In this document: piece by piece, positions 1 through 8,354 of the stretch
How the letters are laid out: each line of letters opens with the position of its first letter
Numbering within the stretch: the stretch's first letter is position 1
From: a virus
Taxonomy: Duplodnaviria > Caudoviricetes
IMG/VR virus record: IMGVR_UViG_3300028888_000122
Coordinates: 7,976 to 71,975 of that record
Reading direction: 5' to 3' (one strand)
DNA length: 64,000 bases
Program-made: the position numbers and the translations under genes
The notes under the pieces: generated by a model
The model's database searches: none
The model's input: only the letters and a program-made list of their open reading frames with translations
What the model was told of the DNA's origin: nothing

Positions 1-1
1 G

Positions 2-439
2 TTCTTCCATGTTCTTCTCCATCCACCCCGTACGGAACTTCACGAGCAAGTCGCCGTTAGCCTTTTCTTTGTCGGCGTCCTTGCTTTTCTCAGCCAGTTC
101 CATCTGCACATCGTTTCCAGTGATATGGATAATCTGCTTTGTCGATATAATCTGCTGGAAGGCAAAGGCGCAGCGAGTGACTGGCTGCTCGTACCACTTC
201 CCCGTGTCCGGGTCTTGTTTTATAACATTAGGAAAGTGTATTGGGTCATTGATATGATGCCCAGAGGGGTAGTATTCGCGCAGGAAATCAGCCTGTGTCA
301 CGGGTCTGAGTGTCACAGGATCATCAGGTTCCGCCACAAGTCTGTCTGACGTGTAGCCGTCATGGTTTTTATAGCCGTTGGGCAGAACATCCGCCCAAGG
401 CTTCCTCAACAAAAGTTCTTTAAAATTCAAATCAGCCAT
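2..439 (-). CDS. Probable portal protein, N-terminal 146 aa, running off the left edge (absent from the ORF track)
   Basis: ATG at 439 overlaps the terminase stop; I read the frame open to position 2 (MADLNFKELLLRKPWADVLPNG...QADFLREYYPSGHHIN...FAFQQIISTKQIIHITGND); lies directly downstream of terL. Portal identity is inferred from position. Confidence 0.7.
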   Translation of the reverse strand, partial: MADLNFKELLLRKPWADVLPNGYKNHDGYTSDRLVAEPDDPVTLRPVTQADFLREYYPSGHHINDPIHFPNVIKQDPDTGKWYEQPVTRCAFAFQQIISTKQIIHITGNDVQMELAEKSKDADKEKANGDLLVKFRTGWMEKNMEE

Positions 440-2058
440 AGTCCTTTTGGTTTATTGTGTCTTTTTTTGTTCAAATCAAATATCTCGTGGTAATACAGCG
501 ACTCGATGAAGTCGGGCGAGTGTCCGACGTAGCGCTTCGCCTGTTTCTTCGTTATAACACGGAAGCCCTTGTCTGCGCTATCCTCGTTGCGTCGTATCGC
601 TTTACGTTCTTTCTGCAGGATTTGTGCGAGCGGTACGCCTTTGTATCCGTCACCGCTGAACTTTTGTTCAAGGAGCCTCGGTTCTATCGAGATCGCCCCT
701 TCCTTAATATCCTTGTAGAACAAATAAGCGCATTGCGACTTCAAGTCATTGTATAGTGCTTTAATGCCTTTCTGTTCCCGCGTAGTGACCGCCATCGGCG
801 CAGCGCAGTTATTGAACGGCACAGCATCGGGGAAGAAGCCTTTCAGCGACTGCCCCAGGCCATTGAGGTCATAGGTAAAGTTCTCTTCCTTCACACCCCA
901 CTCCGCCAGTTTCTCTTTAATGGCGGCAATCACCGTACGGCTGTCGAAGCGCGCCACGAACAAGTCTTTTACATGTTTCCCCTTGAGGTGCCACATCACG
1001 AGGTTATCGCCGCCCGTGAACGCAACGTCGCACGAAGCCCGGTCTATGCCGTCGCCCTCCTGTTGTGAGTTATTGAAGAAGGCCTCCATGTCTTCCATCT
1101 TAATCATGTCGTCGCCCATCGCCTTGTAGTTCCAGTTTCCCTCCAGGTCACGCATACGCTGTTCCTCGCCCTGTTGTGCAAGGTTGGCGACGTATGACGG
1201 GTCTGACGATATGAGTTTGATGTTCTCGGCCACCGTTGCACGTACATAGCACACCGATTTCACGAACATACGTTCCTTGTCATAGCCGAGGCGTTCATAT
1301 TCCTCGTTCCACAGTTTGTCGATGATACCTTTGCACTGCAGGTACACCTCATGCGGAGTATTGCCCCAGTAGATGGTGTCCACGCTGTCCCCGTCCATGA
1401 AGCAATATCGCACTACGCCGTCACGCTCTTTTATCGGGAACCCATCCTCGTCTATCCACCAGTCGATAAACTTGCGCAGCCACGAGTCGGGGTCAGGGTT
1501 GCACGTCCCCCAGAAGCGGTTAGGTATTCCGTAAGCATTTCGGTTACAGGTGATTAAGTACTTGAACTTCTTATATTCCATGTGTGTAATCTCGTCCACA
1601 CCGATGTAGCAGAACTGTTTACCCTGGAAGCGTTTAACGAACTCTTCGTAGTTGTCGCCGTAGTAGTTAAACTTGAGATGTCCGCCACGGTAGAAGTTCC
1701 ATGTCATGTCAGTTAATGACCTGTTGTATGTACCGAACTGCGAATACAGGTTGTATGATTCGAGGACAAGACCGTCCAAGTCTGGTTTCTCATTACGCAA
1801 CAAGAGGCCGTTGAATTGAGGATGACGAATGTGGTACAGCGCCTGCATTAGCAACGAGAAACTCTTGGCACCGCCGCGGTTCCCGCCACCTATCATTATG
1901 TCAGCATCCGCCATGAGCATGTGTTCTTGGCCGCCAGATTGGGCTATGATGTTGAGCGGGTTCGCCTTTTTCCTGTCCGCGTCCCGTAATGACTGGATGT
2001 ATTCATTTGTGAAAATCTTCTCTCCAGTCGGTGTTTTTAATCCTGTATATTTCTCCAC
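427..2058 (-). CDS. terL: Terminase large subunit
   Basis: Walker A-like GGGNRGGAKS, Walker B IGVDEITH, coupling motif TCNP, C-terminal nuclease with CDVA and HSPDFIESL. Confidence 0.93.
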   Translation of the reverse strand: MEKYTGLKTPTGEKIFTNEYIQSLRDADRKKANPLNIIAQSGGQEHMLMADADIMIGGGNRGGAKSFSLLMQALYHIRHPQFNGLLLRNEKPDLDGLVLESYNLYSQFGTYNRSLTDMTWNFYRGGHLKFNYYGDNYEEFVKRFQGKQFCYIGVDEITHMEYKKFKYLITCNRNAYGIPNRFWGTCNPDPDSWLRKFIDWWIDEDGFPIKERDGVVRYCFMDGDSVDTIYWGNTPHEVYLQCKGIIDKLWNEEYERLGYDKERMFVKSVCYVRATVAENIKLISSDPSYVANLAQQGEEQRMRDLEGNWNYKAMGDDMIKMEDMEAFFNNSQQEGDGIDRASCDVAFTGGDNLVMWHLKGKHVKDLFVARFDSRTVIAAIKEKLAEWGVKEENFTYDLNGLGQSLKGFFPDAVPFNNCAAPMAVTTREQKGIKALYNDLKSQCAYLFYKDIKEGAISIEPRLLEQKFSGDGYKGVPLAQILQKERKAIRRNEDSADKGFRVITKKQAKRYVGHSPDFIESLYYHEIFDLNKKRHNKPKGLWLI

Positions 2059-2066
2059 GATGAATA

Positions 2067-2124
2067 TTTTTGCGCAAATTTATGCAAATTTTCCGCATAC
2101 TAATAATTTTTTGTATATATTTGC
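2067..2124. promoter_or_regulatory. Divergent Bacteroidetes sigma-A promoters for the packaging and head-tail operons
   Basis: -7 consensus TAnnTTTG on both strands: TATATTTG on + near 2116-2123 and TAAATTTG on - near 2075-2082. Confidence 0.65.
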
Positions 2125-2147
2125 AAAGTTTATAAACGATTTCATTT

Positions 2148-2849
2148 ATGGATAGAGAAGAACTCAAAACCAAAATCAACGAAGTACTTGGAAGCACCAA
2201 GCTGACGTTGAGCGAACGCACCATCAACGACTTCCTTGATGACGCGCTTGTCGGAATTACCGACGACGACGTCACCGACGATTTCGTTTCCCGCAAAGCC
2301 AACATGCTCAAGAGCATTGACGGCAACCTTCATTCAGACGTGTCCGAGCAAGTAAGGGTCTATATGGACAAACTGCCAAAGTCGCAAGAGCCCAAGTCGC
2401 AAGAGCCAAAACCCGACCACAAGCCAACGGGCGACGAAAAGTCTCAAGAGCCTGCCGATAACGGAGTATCTAAGGAGATTGAGGAACTGAAGAAGCGGTT
2501 GAAATCTTTCGAGGACGACCGAAAGAAGGCTGACGAAGCGAAGAAGCGCGAGAAAGAACTCGCAGAGTTGAAAGATGCGTTCACGGCGAGATTTGATGAA
2601 GCCGGAGCCAAGGTAAACACCTACATCCTCAAGCAGACGTTGCGCGATTTCGACGGTGACGGAAGCGTGAGCGACAAAGTAAAAGCCTTGGAGGGCAAGT
2701 ATTACGAGAACCTGAAAGAAGCGGGTTTCGACTATGACAGCCCGATGGCTGGCGGCATCAACGCCAACAACAGCGGCATCAAAAGCAAGCGTGAAGCCTT
2801 CAAAGAGGAGATGCGCAGCCGAGGGATGCTGCCCAAACAAGATAAGTAA
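2148..2849 (+). CDS. Head scaffolding protein
   Basis: Charged coiled-coil protein with PKSQE linker repeats, upstream of the capsid genes. Confidence 0.65.
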   Translation: MDREELKTKINEVLGSTKLTLSERTINDFLDDALVGITDDDVTDDFVSRKANMLKSIDGNLHSDVSEQVRVYMDKLPKSQEPKSQEPKPDHKPTGDEKSQEPADNGVSKEIEELKKRLKSFEDDRKKADEAKKREKELAELKDAFTARFDEAGAKVNTYILKQTLRDFDGDGSVSDKVKALEGKYYENLKEAGFDYDSPMAGGINANNSGIKSKREAFKEEMRSRGMLPKQDK

Positions 2850-2869
2850 TACAAATAAACAAATTAACT

Positions 2870-3511
2870 ATGGCTTTAGGAACATTTAATACTATCGGCT
2901 CGGGATCGGACCAATTCGGCGGTTCGACCCACGTCTGGGCGAGAGTAGATCGTGTCATCCATGGTGGTCGCAAAATCAACGTGACCGGTATGGCTCCTGG
3001 CACCGTGATTCCCGCCGGTACGTTGGTGCAGTACACGTACAACAGCGAGTACGCCACCATCCTGACCAGTTCTTCCAGTCTGTCGGCAGGCAACCATTAC
3101 GGCCTCATCTTCAACGATGTGTGCGTTCCCGACAACTGCATCTTCGCATCATGCGCTATCGTCACCCACGGTGTCGTTTGGGCAGATGCCATCGACGTGG
3201 CTGAGGCACAGCAGCAGTACATGCCTGGTATCGAGTTCATCCGCAACCACATGGGCAACATCATCTACAGCGTTTCCGCCACCGTAAACACAGGTGCCAC
3301 CCTCAAGGGTTCCGCCGACAACGTGCTTGCAGGTAGTGCTTATCACGCTACCGTAGAGTATGCTGATGGCTACGAGAAGAACTCCCTCACCGTCACCATG
3401 GGCGGTACGGCAATCAGCACAACTGCTGTAAACACCGCAAAGACCGAGATCAGCGTTCCTTCGGTGACTGGCAACCTTGTTATCACTGTAACACCCAAAA
3501 CAACCGCCTAA
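2870..3511 (+). CDS. Capsid decoration/cement protein with a C-terminal Ig-like beta domain
   Basis: Between scaffold and major capsid; VIPAGTLV motif; C-terminal VTMGG...SVPSVTGNLVITVT beta repeat. Confidence 0.55.
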   Translation: MALGTFNTIGSGSDQFGGSTHVWARVDRVIHGGRKINVTGMAPGTVIPAGTLVQYTYNSEYATILTSSSSLSAGNHYGLIFNDVCVPDNCIFASCAIVTHGVVWADAIDVAEAQQQYMPGIEFIRNHMGNIIYSVSATVNTGATLKGSADNVLAGSAYHATVEYADGYEKNSLTVTMGGTAISTTAVNTAKTEISVPSVTGNLVITVTPKTTA

Positions 3512-3530
3512 AAGAAAGGAGAATTAGATT

Positions 3531-4832
3531 ATGTTTACAAGAGATTCAAAATTCTACGACCTTGTAGGTAAAGGCTTGGCCTCTCTGGGTTACACTGGCA
3601 ACGAGGCTTTGCAGCTTTTCGTTAACGATATGTTCAAGGAGAAATACGACGCCGAGCGCACCTTCGCCGAAGTCGGTTTCCCCCTGAACCCTGACCTGCC
3701 CTTCCGCCCCACCTACGAGCAGATTGAAGCAACCGTACGCCCCTACACGATGGCAGCTTATGTTGACATCGACTCGGACGGCCCCAGCAAGAGCACCGAC
3801 GGATTGTCGCTCAAGAGCGGCGGTCTGCCCACGTTCAAGCATGAGGTAACCCTTGACCGCAAGATTCTGCGCGAAAAGATGATGTTGGCCGAAGCGATGC
3901 GCGGCACCAACAGCGAGATTGACAGCGTTATTGTCAAGTTGCTGTTCAAGGGTCTTGATGACCTTCTTGGCGGTAACTACAACACCATGCTGTATCAGCG
4001 CCACCAGGTTGTTTCCAACCTCGGCCGTCTCGTTATCGACGCAAAGAACAACCCCTATGGTCTGCCCATCGAGTTAGACTTCGGTGTTGACGCTTCGCAC
4101 ATCTACAAGAGCGATTGGTATTCTGTTGCTGTTGACGGCACCATCTCGCAAGAGAGCGGTGTTACCGGCGGCACTGTTTCCCCCGTCAAGGTTCTGCGTG
4201 ACATCAAGCGCAAGGCAGAGGTTCTCGACGGTCTCGGCGCAAGCCACTGGGAAATCAGCAAGAACACCTACAACGCCATTCTTGAGATGCCCTACTTCCG
4301 CGACCTGTACACCATCGCTCTGCGTCCCGACATCGACGCTGCCAACCGTGCAGCCTTCGGTGCCACCATCGACGATGCCACCCTGTGGGCCTTCATCCAG
4401 GCACGCATTGGCCGCGTAGAGGTTATCGACGCAGTCGCCACCGTTGAGCGCATCAACCCCACCACCCACAAGACGATGTTCACTACTTTGAACTCGTTCA
4501 AGGACGGTGTGTTTGTTCTCGTTCCCGACGGCGAGATTGGCGATGTTCAGTGCGGACGTCCCGTTTACATGGAGACTCCTGGATCGCGTGTAGCCCTGTA
4601 TGACGGCGGCCGCACCCTCATCCGTCAAGTCTTCAACGACGAGAACATGATCCAGACCATCAAGTCTGAGGTGACGGGTCTCTGCGTTCCCAACAAGACC
4701 CGCTGGTTCTACTATGTATGCGTAGGCACTGGCGCTACCGTAACTGGAACTTCTTCGAGTGCAGGCACCTTGTCCTACCTTGTAGGTGATTTCATTAGCG
4801 ACGCTGCGTCGAAGGCACAGGGTACGCTCTAA
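3531..4832 (+). CDS. Major capsid protein
   Basis: 433 aa, strong C-ending codon bias, canonical position in the head module. Confidence 0.8.
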   Translation: MFTRDSKFYDLVGKGLASLGYTGNEALQLFVNDMFKEKYDAERTFAEVGFPLNPDLPFRPTYEQIEATVRPYTMAAYVDIDSDGPSKSTDGLSLKSGGLPTFKHEVTLDRKILREKMMLAEAMRGTNSEIDSVIVKLLFKGLDDLLGGNYNTMLYQRHQVVSNLGRLVIDAKNNPYGLPIELDFGVDASHIYKSDWYSVAVDGTISQESGVTGGTVSPVKVLRDIKRKAEVLDGLGASHWEISKNTYNAILEMPYFRDLYTIALRPDIDAANRAAFGATIDDATLWAFIQARIGRVEVIDAVATVERINPTTHKTMFTTLNSFKDGVFVLVPDGEIGDVQCGRPVYMETPGSRVALYDGGRTLIRQVFNDENMIQTIKSEVTGLCVPNKTRWFYYVCVGTGATVTGTSSSAGTLSYLVGDFISDAASKAQGTL

Positions 4833-4843
4833 ACTAAAACGCC

Positions 4844-5293
4844 ATGTATAAAGACTGTCCAGCAAACGATTACGGCCTGTCAGGAATGACCCTTTTGGAT
4901 TATTTCGGCGGTCTCGTCAACGCCCCCGTGTCAGCGGAAGGCATCAGGACAATTCTTGCGCGACGTCTCCTCGACCCTATTGACAAGTTTGACGGGGTGA
5001 CAAGAGAGATTGAGCTCGCCACAGCCGACCTGTACAAGTGGATTGCGACATCCCCGTACAGGGTCGGTTCGACGGGCGACAGCGACAACGGTTGGGAGCA
5101 CACCTCCGCAGGCTGGACTCTCACCGATGCAGACCGCAAGTATTACCTCATGCTCGCCAATGACATCTATGAGAAGTATGACGAGCCAACAGTCGGCAAG
5201 TCCGTGATAAGGATCACCAACCACGGTATCCGTCACACCGACTTCCCCTTGTTCGGTTGTTGCGGCAGAGGAAAGAATCACCACAGCAGTTAA
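4844..5293 (+). CDS. Head-tail adaptor (putative)
   Basis: Position after capsid gene and size. Confidence 0.5.
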   Translation: MYKDCPANDYGLSGMTLLDYFGGLVNAPVSAEGIRTILARRLLDPIDKFDGVTREIELATADLYKWIATSPYRVGSTGDSDNGWEHTSAGWTLTDADRKYYLMLANDIYEKYDEPTVGKSVIRITNHGIRHTDFPLFGCCGRGKNHHSS

Positions 5294-5298
5294 AAGTC

Positions 5299-5634
5299 AT
5301 GCTCGAAGCCAAGCCCATAAATCCGCGTTTCCCACATGGTGTGCGCATCACGAGAGCGGAAGCCGCCTCTCCTTTTGACGAGACGGCAGAGCGCACATTG
5401 TATTGCGGATGCGGACGAGCCTACACCGACACAACGACCACAGGCGACAACAACGTCGATATGAACCGCAGGAAATGTTCTATCCCGGTACGTTTCGATA
5501 AATGGAAAGAACCCGTTCTTGACGGCGACACCATTACCGTTGTCAAAGGCACGTTGAAAGAGGTCGGCAGAGTGCGTGATTTCGAGCCAGACAACGACCG
5601 CACGGTCATTTATTGGGAACTTGTAAGAGTTTAA
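5299..5634 (+). CDS. Head closure protein (putative)
   Basis: Start reassigned to ATG 5299 after the upstream stop; beta-rich; neck position. Confidence 0.5.
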   Translation: MLEAKPINPRFPHGVRITRAEAASPFDETAERTLYCGCGRAYTDTTTTGDNNVDMNRRKCSIPVRFDKWKEPVLDGDTITVVKGTLKEVGRVRDFEPDNDRTVIYWELVRV

Positions 5635-5639
5635 GGGTT

Positions 5640-6200
5640 ATGGCAATCACGAGGAACACGTCACTTGAGCATCAGTTCAAGGAGTTGTTGAAAAAGAACA
5701 GCAGAAAGGTCAATAGCCAGGCTATTGCCACTGTCCGCGCCATGCTTCCGAAGTGGGCAGACCAGCTCATTCGCGATGCAAGCGGATTCAACCACGTCAC
5801 GGGTAACACCATGAACGGGTTCTTCGTAGGAGCCTACATGCCTTTCAACAGCACGATGCAACTTGTCGGAGCCGCCTTCTCGAGTGACAAGGTGGAAGAA
5901 CCGACCAGGCCGACGCTGAAAAAAGGCGAGATGTATGACCTTGATGTCTATTGGGGCGGCAAGCCCGTCGAAGGCAAGCCCTTTGTGGGTATCTTCGGGA
6001 CGCGCAACATCTTTTCTTTCGAAGAGAGCATGCGTTTCCTCCAGAGCCACAGGCCGAGCATTTCCCCTTTGGCGTTCATTGTCGGCAACAGCGTCAACTA
6101 TGCCAAGTTCATCGAAGTCCACAAGAAAGGCAACCTTATCACCAAGTTTGCCGATGACAAAAAGAGAGAAGGTTGGATTGTAACCATGCACGGTAAGTGA
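5640..6200 (+). CDS. Neck/tail-completion protein (putative)
   Basis: Position; HVTGNT and VNYAKFIE motifs resemble HK97 gp10-like proteins. Confidence 0.5.
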   Translation: MAITRNTSLEHQFKELLKKNSRKVNSQAIATVRAMLPKWADQLIRDASGFNHVTGNTMNGFFVGAYMPFNSTMQLVGAAFSSDKVEEPTRPTLKKGEMYDLDVYWGGKPVEGKPFVGIFGTRNIFSFEESMRFLQSHRPSISPLAFIVGNSVNYAKFIEVHKKGNLITKFADDKKREGWIVTMHGK

Positions 6201-6610
6201 TGTTAAGCGTTAAGGAAATATTGAAGAGCATGTACGATGCCGTTGAAGGTATTGCCGACAAGACATACCTCCAAGACAGGCCCAAAGCCACAGACGACCG
6301 TATCAACAGTTATATCGTCGTAGAGTTGCCGTCGAACCTGTCGAGCGGAGTCATCGATGCAGGAGTGAGCGACTATGACGACTACACGTCAACGTGCCGT
6401 TTCACCCTGTTCGTACGCAACCGCACAAGAGCCGGTAACATCAACGAGATAGACATCAACAAAGTCGATGCGTTAATGACGTCGCTCCTCAATATTTTCC
6501 CTGTCGCTGACGGTCATGTACAGATTACCAGTCCATCCGTTGTTCTCAGCGGAGACGACGAGAGTGGTTTCCATTATATCTTTATACAAGCAAGATTGCG
6601 AACGATTTAA
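6197..6610 (+). CDS. Tail terminator (putative)
   Basis: 137 aa immediately before the major tail protein. Confidence 0.55.
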   Translation: MMLSVKEILKSMYDAVEGIADKTYLQDRPKATDDRINSYIVVELPSNLSSGVIDAGVSDYDDYTSTCRFTLFVRNRTRAGNINEIDINKVDALMTSLLNIFPVADGHVQITSPSVVLSGDDESGFHYIFIQARLRTI

Positions 6611-6642
6611 ACATTCAATAAACAAATTAACTATTTTTTGTT

Positions 6643-7245
6643 ATGGCAGTAAAAATTAAAACCGATTTGAAGCTCGTCATTGACGACCTTTCCATGCTTC
6701 TTGTCCAGAAGACTCCTATCGAGGTTGGCACCGGTAACACCATTACCATCAACCCCGACTACGAGTTGCCTGTCACCGTTGACACTCTGCAGACCACTGG
6801 TGGTGAGCCTACCATCAGCCACTACAAGGTTATCGGTCTTGATGCTGACTGGACTTCGAGTTCGACCCCTGGCGAGTGGACTGTACAGTTCACCGTTCCC
6901 ACCATGCACACCGACGTGTTGAAGTTCGCTTTCGGCGACGATGCCGTAGTTGACATGGGTTCTATCACCAACAGCGGTGTTGACAGCGACAACCATCTTG
7001 TCATCCCCCAGGGCAGCGGCGAAGCCTGGTCTGGCGTCAAGGTCGGTCTGACCGCCCACAAGATCACCTGTTCGCTTGTTATCGCCAACGGCGCGAAGGA
7101 CAAGCTCGTCATCTTCCGCACTGTGGACTTGTACGCCCACGTGATGAAGGAAGCCAACGGCGACCCCTATTGCATCCAGTTCAACGGTACCGTTACTTCT
7201 GACGGTAGCAACGACATGATGGTTCTGACTAAGAACGCGGGGTAA
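6643..7245 (+). CDS. Major tail tube protein
   Basis: 200 aa, beta-rich, highly expressed codon bias, upstream of chaperone and tape measure. Confidence 0.75.
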   Translation: MAVKIKTDLKLVIDDLSMLLVQKTPIEVGTGNTITINPDYELPVTVDTLQTTGGEPTISHYKVIGLDADWTSSSTPGEWTVQFTVPTMHTDVLKFAFGDDAVVDMGSITNSGVDSDNHLVIPQGSGEAWSGVKVGLTAHKITCSLVIANGAKDKLVIFRTVDLYAHVMKEANGDPYCIQFNGTVTSDGSNDMMVLTKNAG

Positions 7246-7550
7246 CTCCGAGCCAGTTATCGGTAAGCAGTACATCGCCGTCCCTGCCAACAAGTTCGAG
7301 CCGTTCCTCGCTGACAGTAAACTTCAACCGCAGTCTCACCAGTGCGGAGAAGTCTAATTTCAGAGCGACGCTCGGTGTTGGAGACTCGTCAGTCTCAGTG
7401 ACATCAGAATCGTACACATTGATGAACAACCAAGTTCTTTCAATCGACAGAGGCTCGACAATGCAAGTAGGCAGTTACACCATCAGCGGAAGTGTGTTGA
7501 GTATCACGCTGCAAACGGCCAAATTCATCAAATCATTCGCTCTTGGTTAG
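7242..7550 (+). CDS. Cryptic start-less frame; probable frameshift extension of the major tail protein
   Basis: -1 frame open 7233-7550 across G GGG TAA, encoding ...VNFNRSLTSAEKSNFRATLGVG...SITLQTAKFIKSFALG; the +1 frame 7241-7357 also looks coding. Confidence 0.55.
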   Translation, partial: VTPSQLSVSSTSPSLPTSSSRSSLTVNFNRSLTSAEKSNFRATLGVGDSSVSVTSESYTLMNNQVLSIDRGSTMQVGSYTISGSVLSITLQTAKFIKSFALG

Positions 7551-7638
7551 ACGATGGCTGGCTCGTAAATATGATTATGCAAGGGTGCGTGACAAGGGTA
7601 GTACCCGAAAGCGCGCCCTTTTCTCTTAACAATTCAAA

Positions 7639-8088
7639 ATGGCAAAAATAGAACAACCGACAGACGAATACCGCAGGCTTCTTGACAATGTGATAGAGGC
7701 AGAGCCAGAAGAGTTCGAGTTTAGGGGCAAGACCCGTAAGATGGGTTGGCTTCACAAAGGCACCGTACGCAAAGTCAGCCACGTCACATCGAAAGAAAAG
7801 AGCCCGTATAAGCAGCATTGTAAAGTGTGTGCAATCATGCTCCTTAACAATGTTTGGAAGATACGAGCCTTCTACTGGCTGTTATGGCGGTGGTGGTATT
7901 ACATCTCCGACCTTGATGAAGTTGACATTCTCAAAGTCCTTGATGCAGGTAAAAAAAAAGTTCAGCGGGAGGCCTTCTTGCTGAATACCATGTTACTGAC
8001 CGCGATGACGGATCTGATGATGACGATGACGAAGGAAGAAGCCGAGTCTATCCAAGCCGCACATCCTGGGGCGGAGCCTTCTCGTTAG
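7639..8088 (+). CDS. Tail assembly chaperone (gpG-like)
   Basis: Directly upstream of the tape measure; contains an A9 slippery run at 7951-7959. Confidence 0.75.
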   Translation: MAKIEQPTDEYRRLLDNVIEAEPEEFEFRGKTRKMGWLHKGTVRKVSHVTSKEKSPYKQHCKVCAIMLLNNVWKIRAFYWLLWRWWYYISDLDEVDILKVLDAGKKKVQREAFLLNTMLLTAMTDLMMTMTKEEAESIQAAHPGAEPSR

Positions 8089-8345
8089 CCGAGAAATACC
8101 CCTTCCTTTTCGAGCGTCATTACGGCATCAAAGCGTATGACTACTGGTGGGGCTACAGTGCCGCACAGATAGAGCTCATGGCAGTTGACCAGCCGCTCAT
8201 CGTCCGCCCGCGTGACGAGAGCAAGCCAAAGCCCCACAGCAAGAAAGAGATGGAGCGCATTGCAGAAGAGTGGGCAAAGCGCAAGGAGAGCGAAGAAAGT
8301 CTCGTCGGCAAGAAGATAAACTTAAACGATTTCTTAAATTCATAA
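7953..8345 (+). CDS. -1 frameshift portion of the gpGT-like chaperone (absent from the ORF track)
   Basis: -1 frame has TAA at 7950-7952, then is open from the A run to TAA 8343-8345 (...LAEKYPFLFERHYGIKAYDYWWGYSAAQIELM...). Confidence 0.8.
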   Translation, partial: KKSSAGGLLAEYHVTDRDDGSDDDDDEGRSRVYPSRTSWGGAFSLAEKYPFLFERHYGIKAYDYWWGYSAAQIELMAVDQPLIVRPRDESKPKPHSKKEMERIAEEWAKRKESEESLVGKKINLNDFLNS

Positions 8346-8354
8346 AGCAAAGCG

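Noticed and set aside
2379-2408. 15-bp tandem repeat in the scaffold gene
   Set aside because: Ordinary linker duplication (PKSQE x2)
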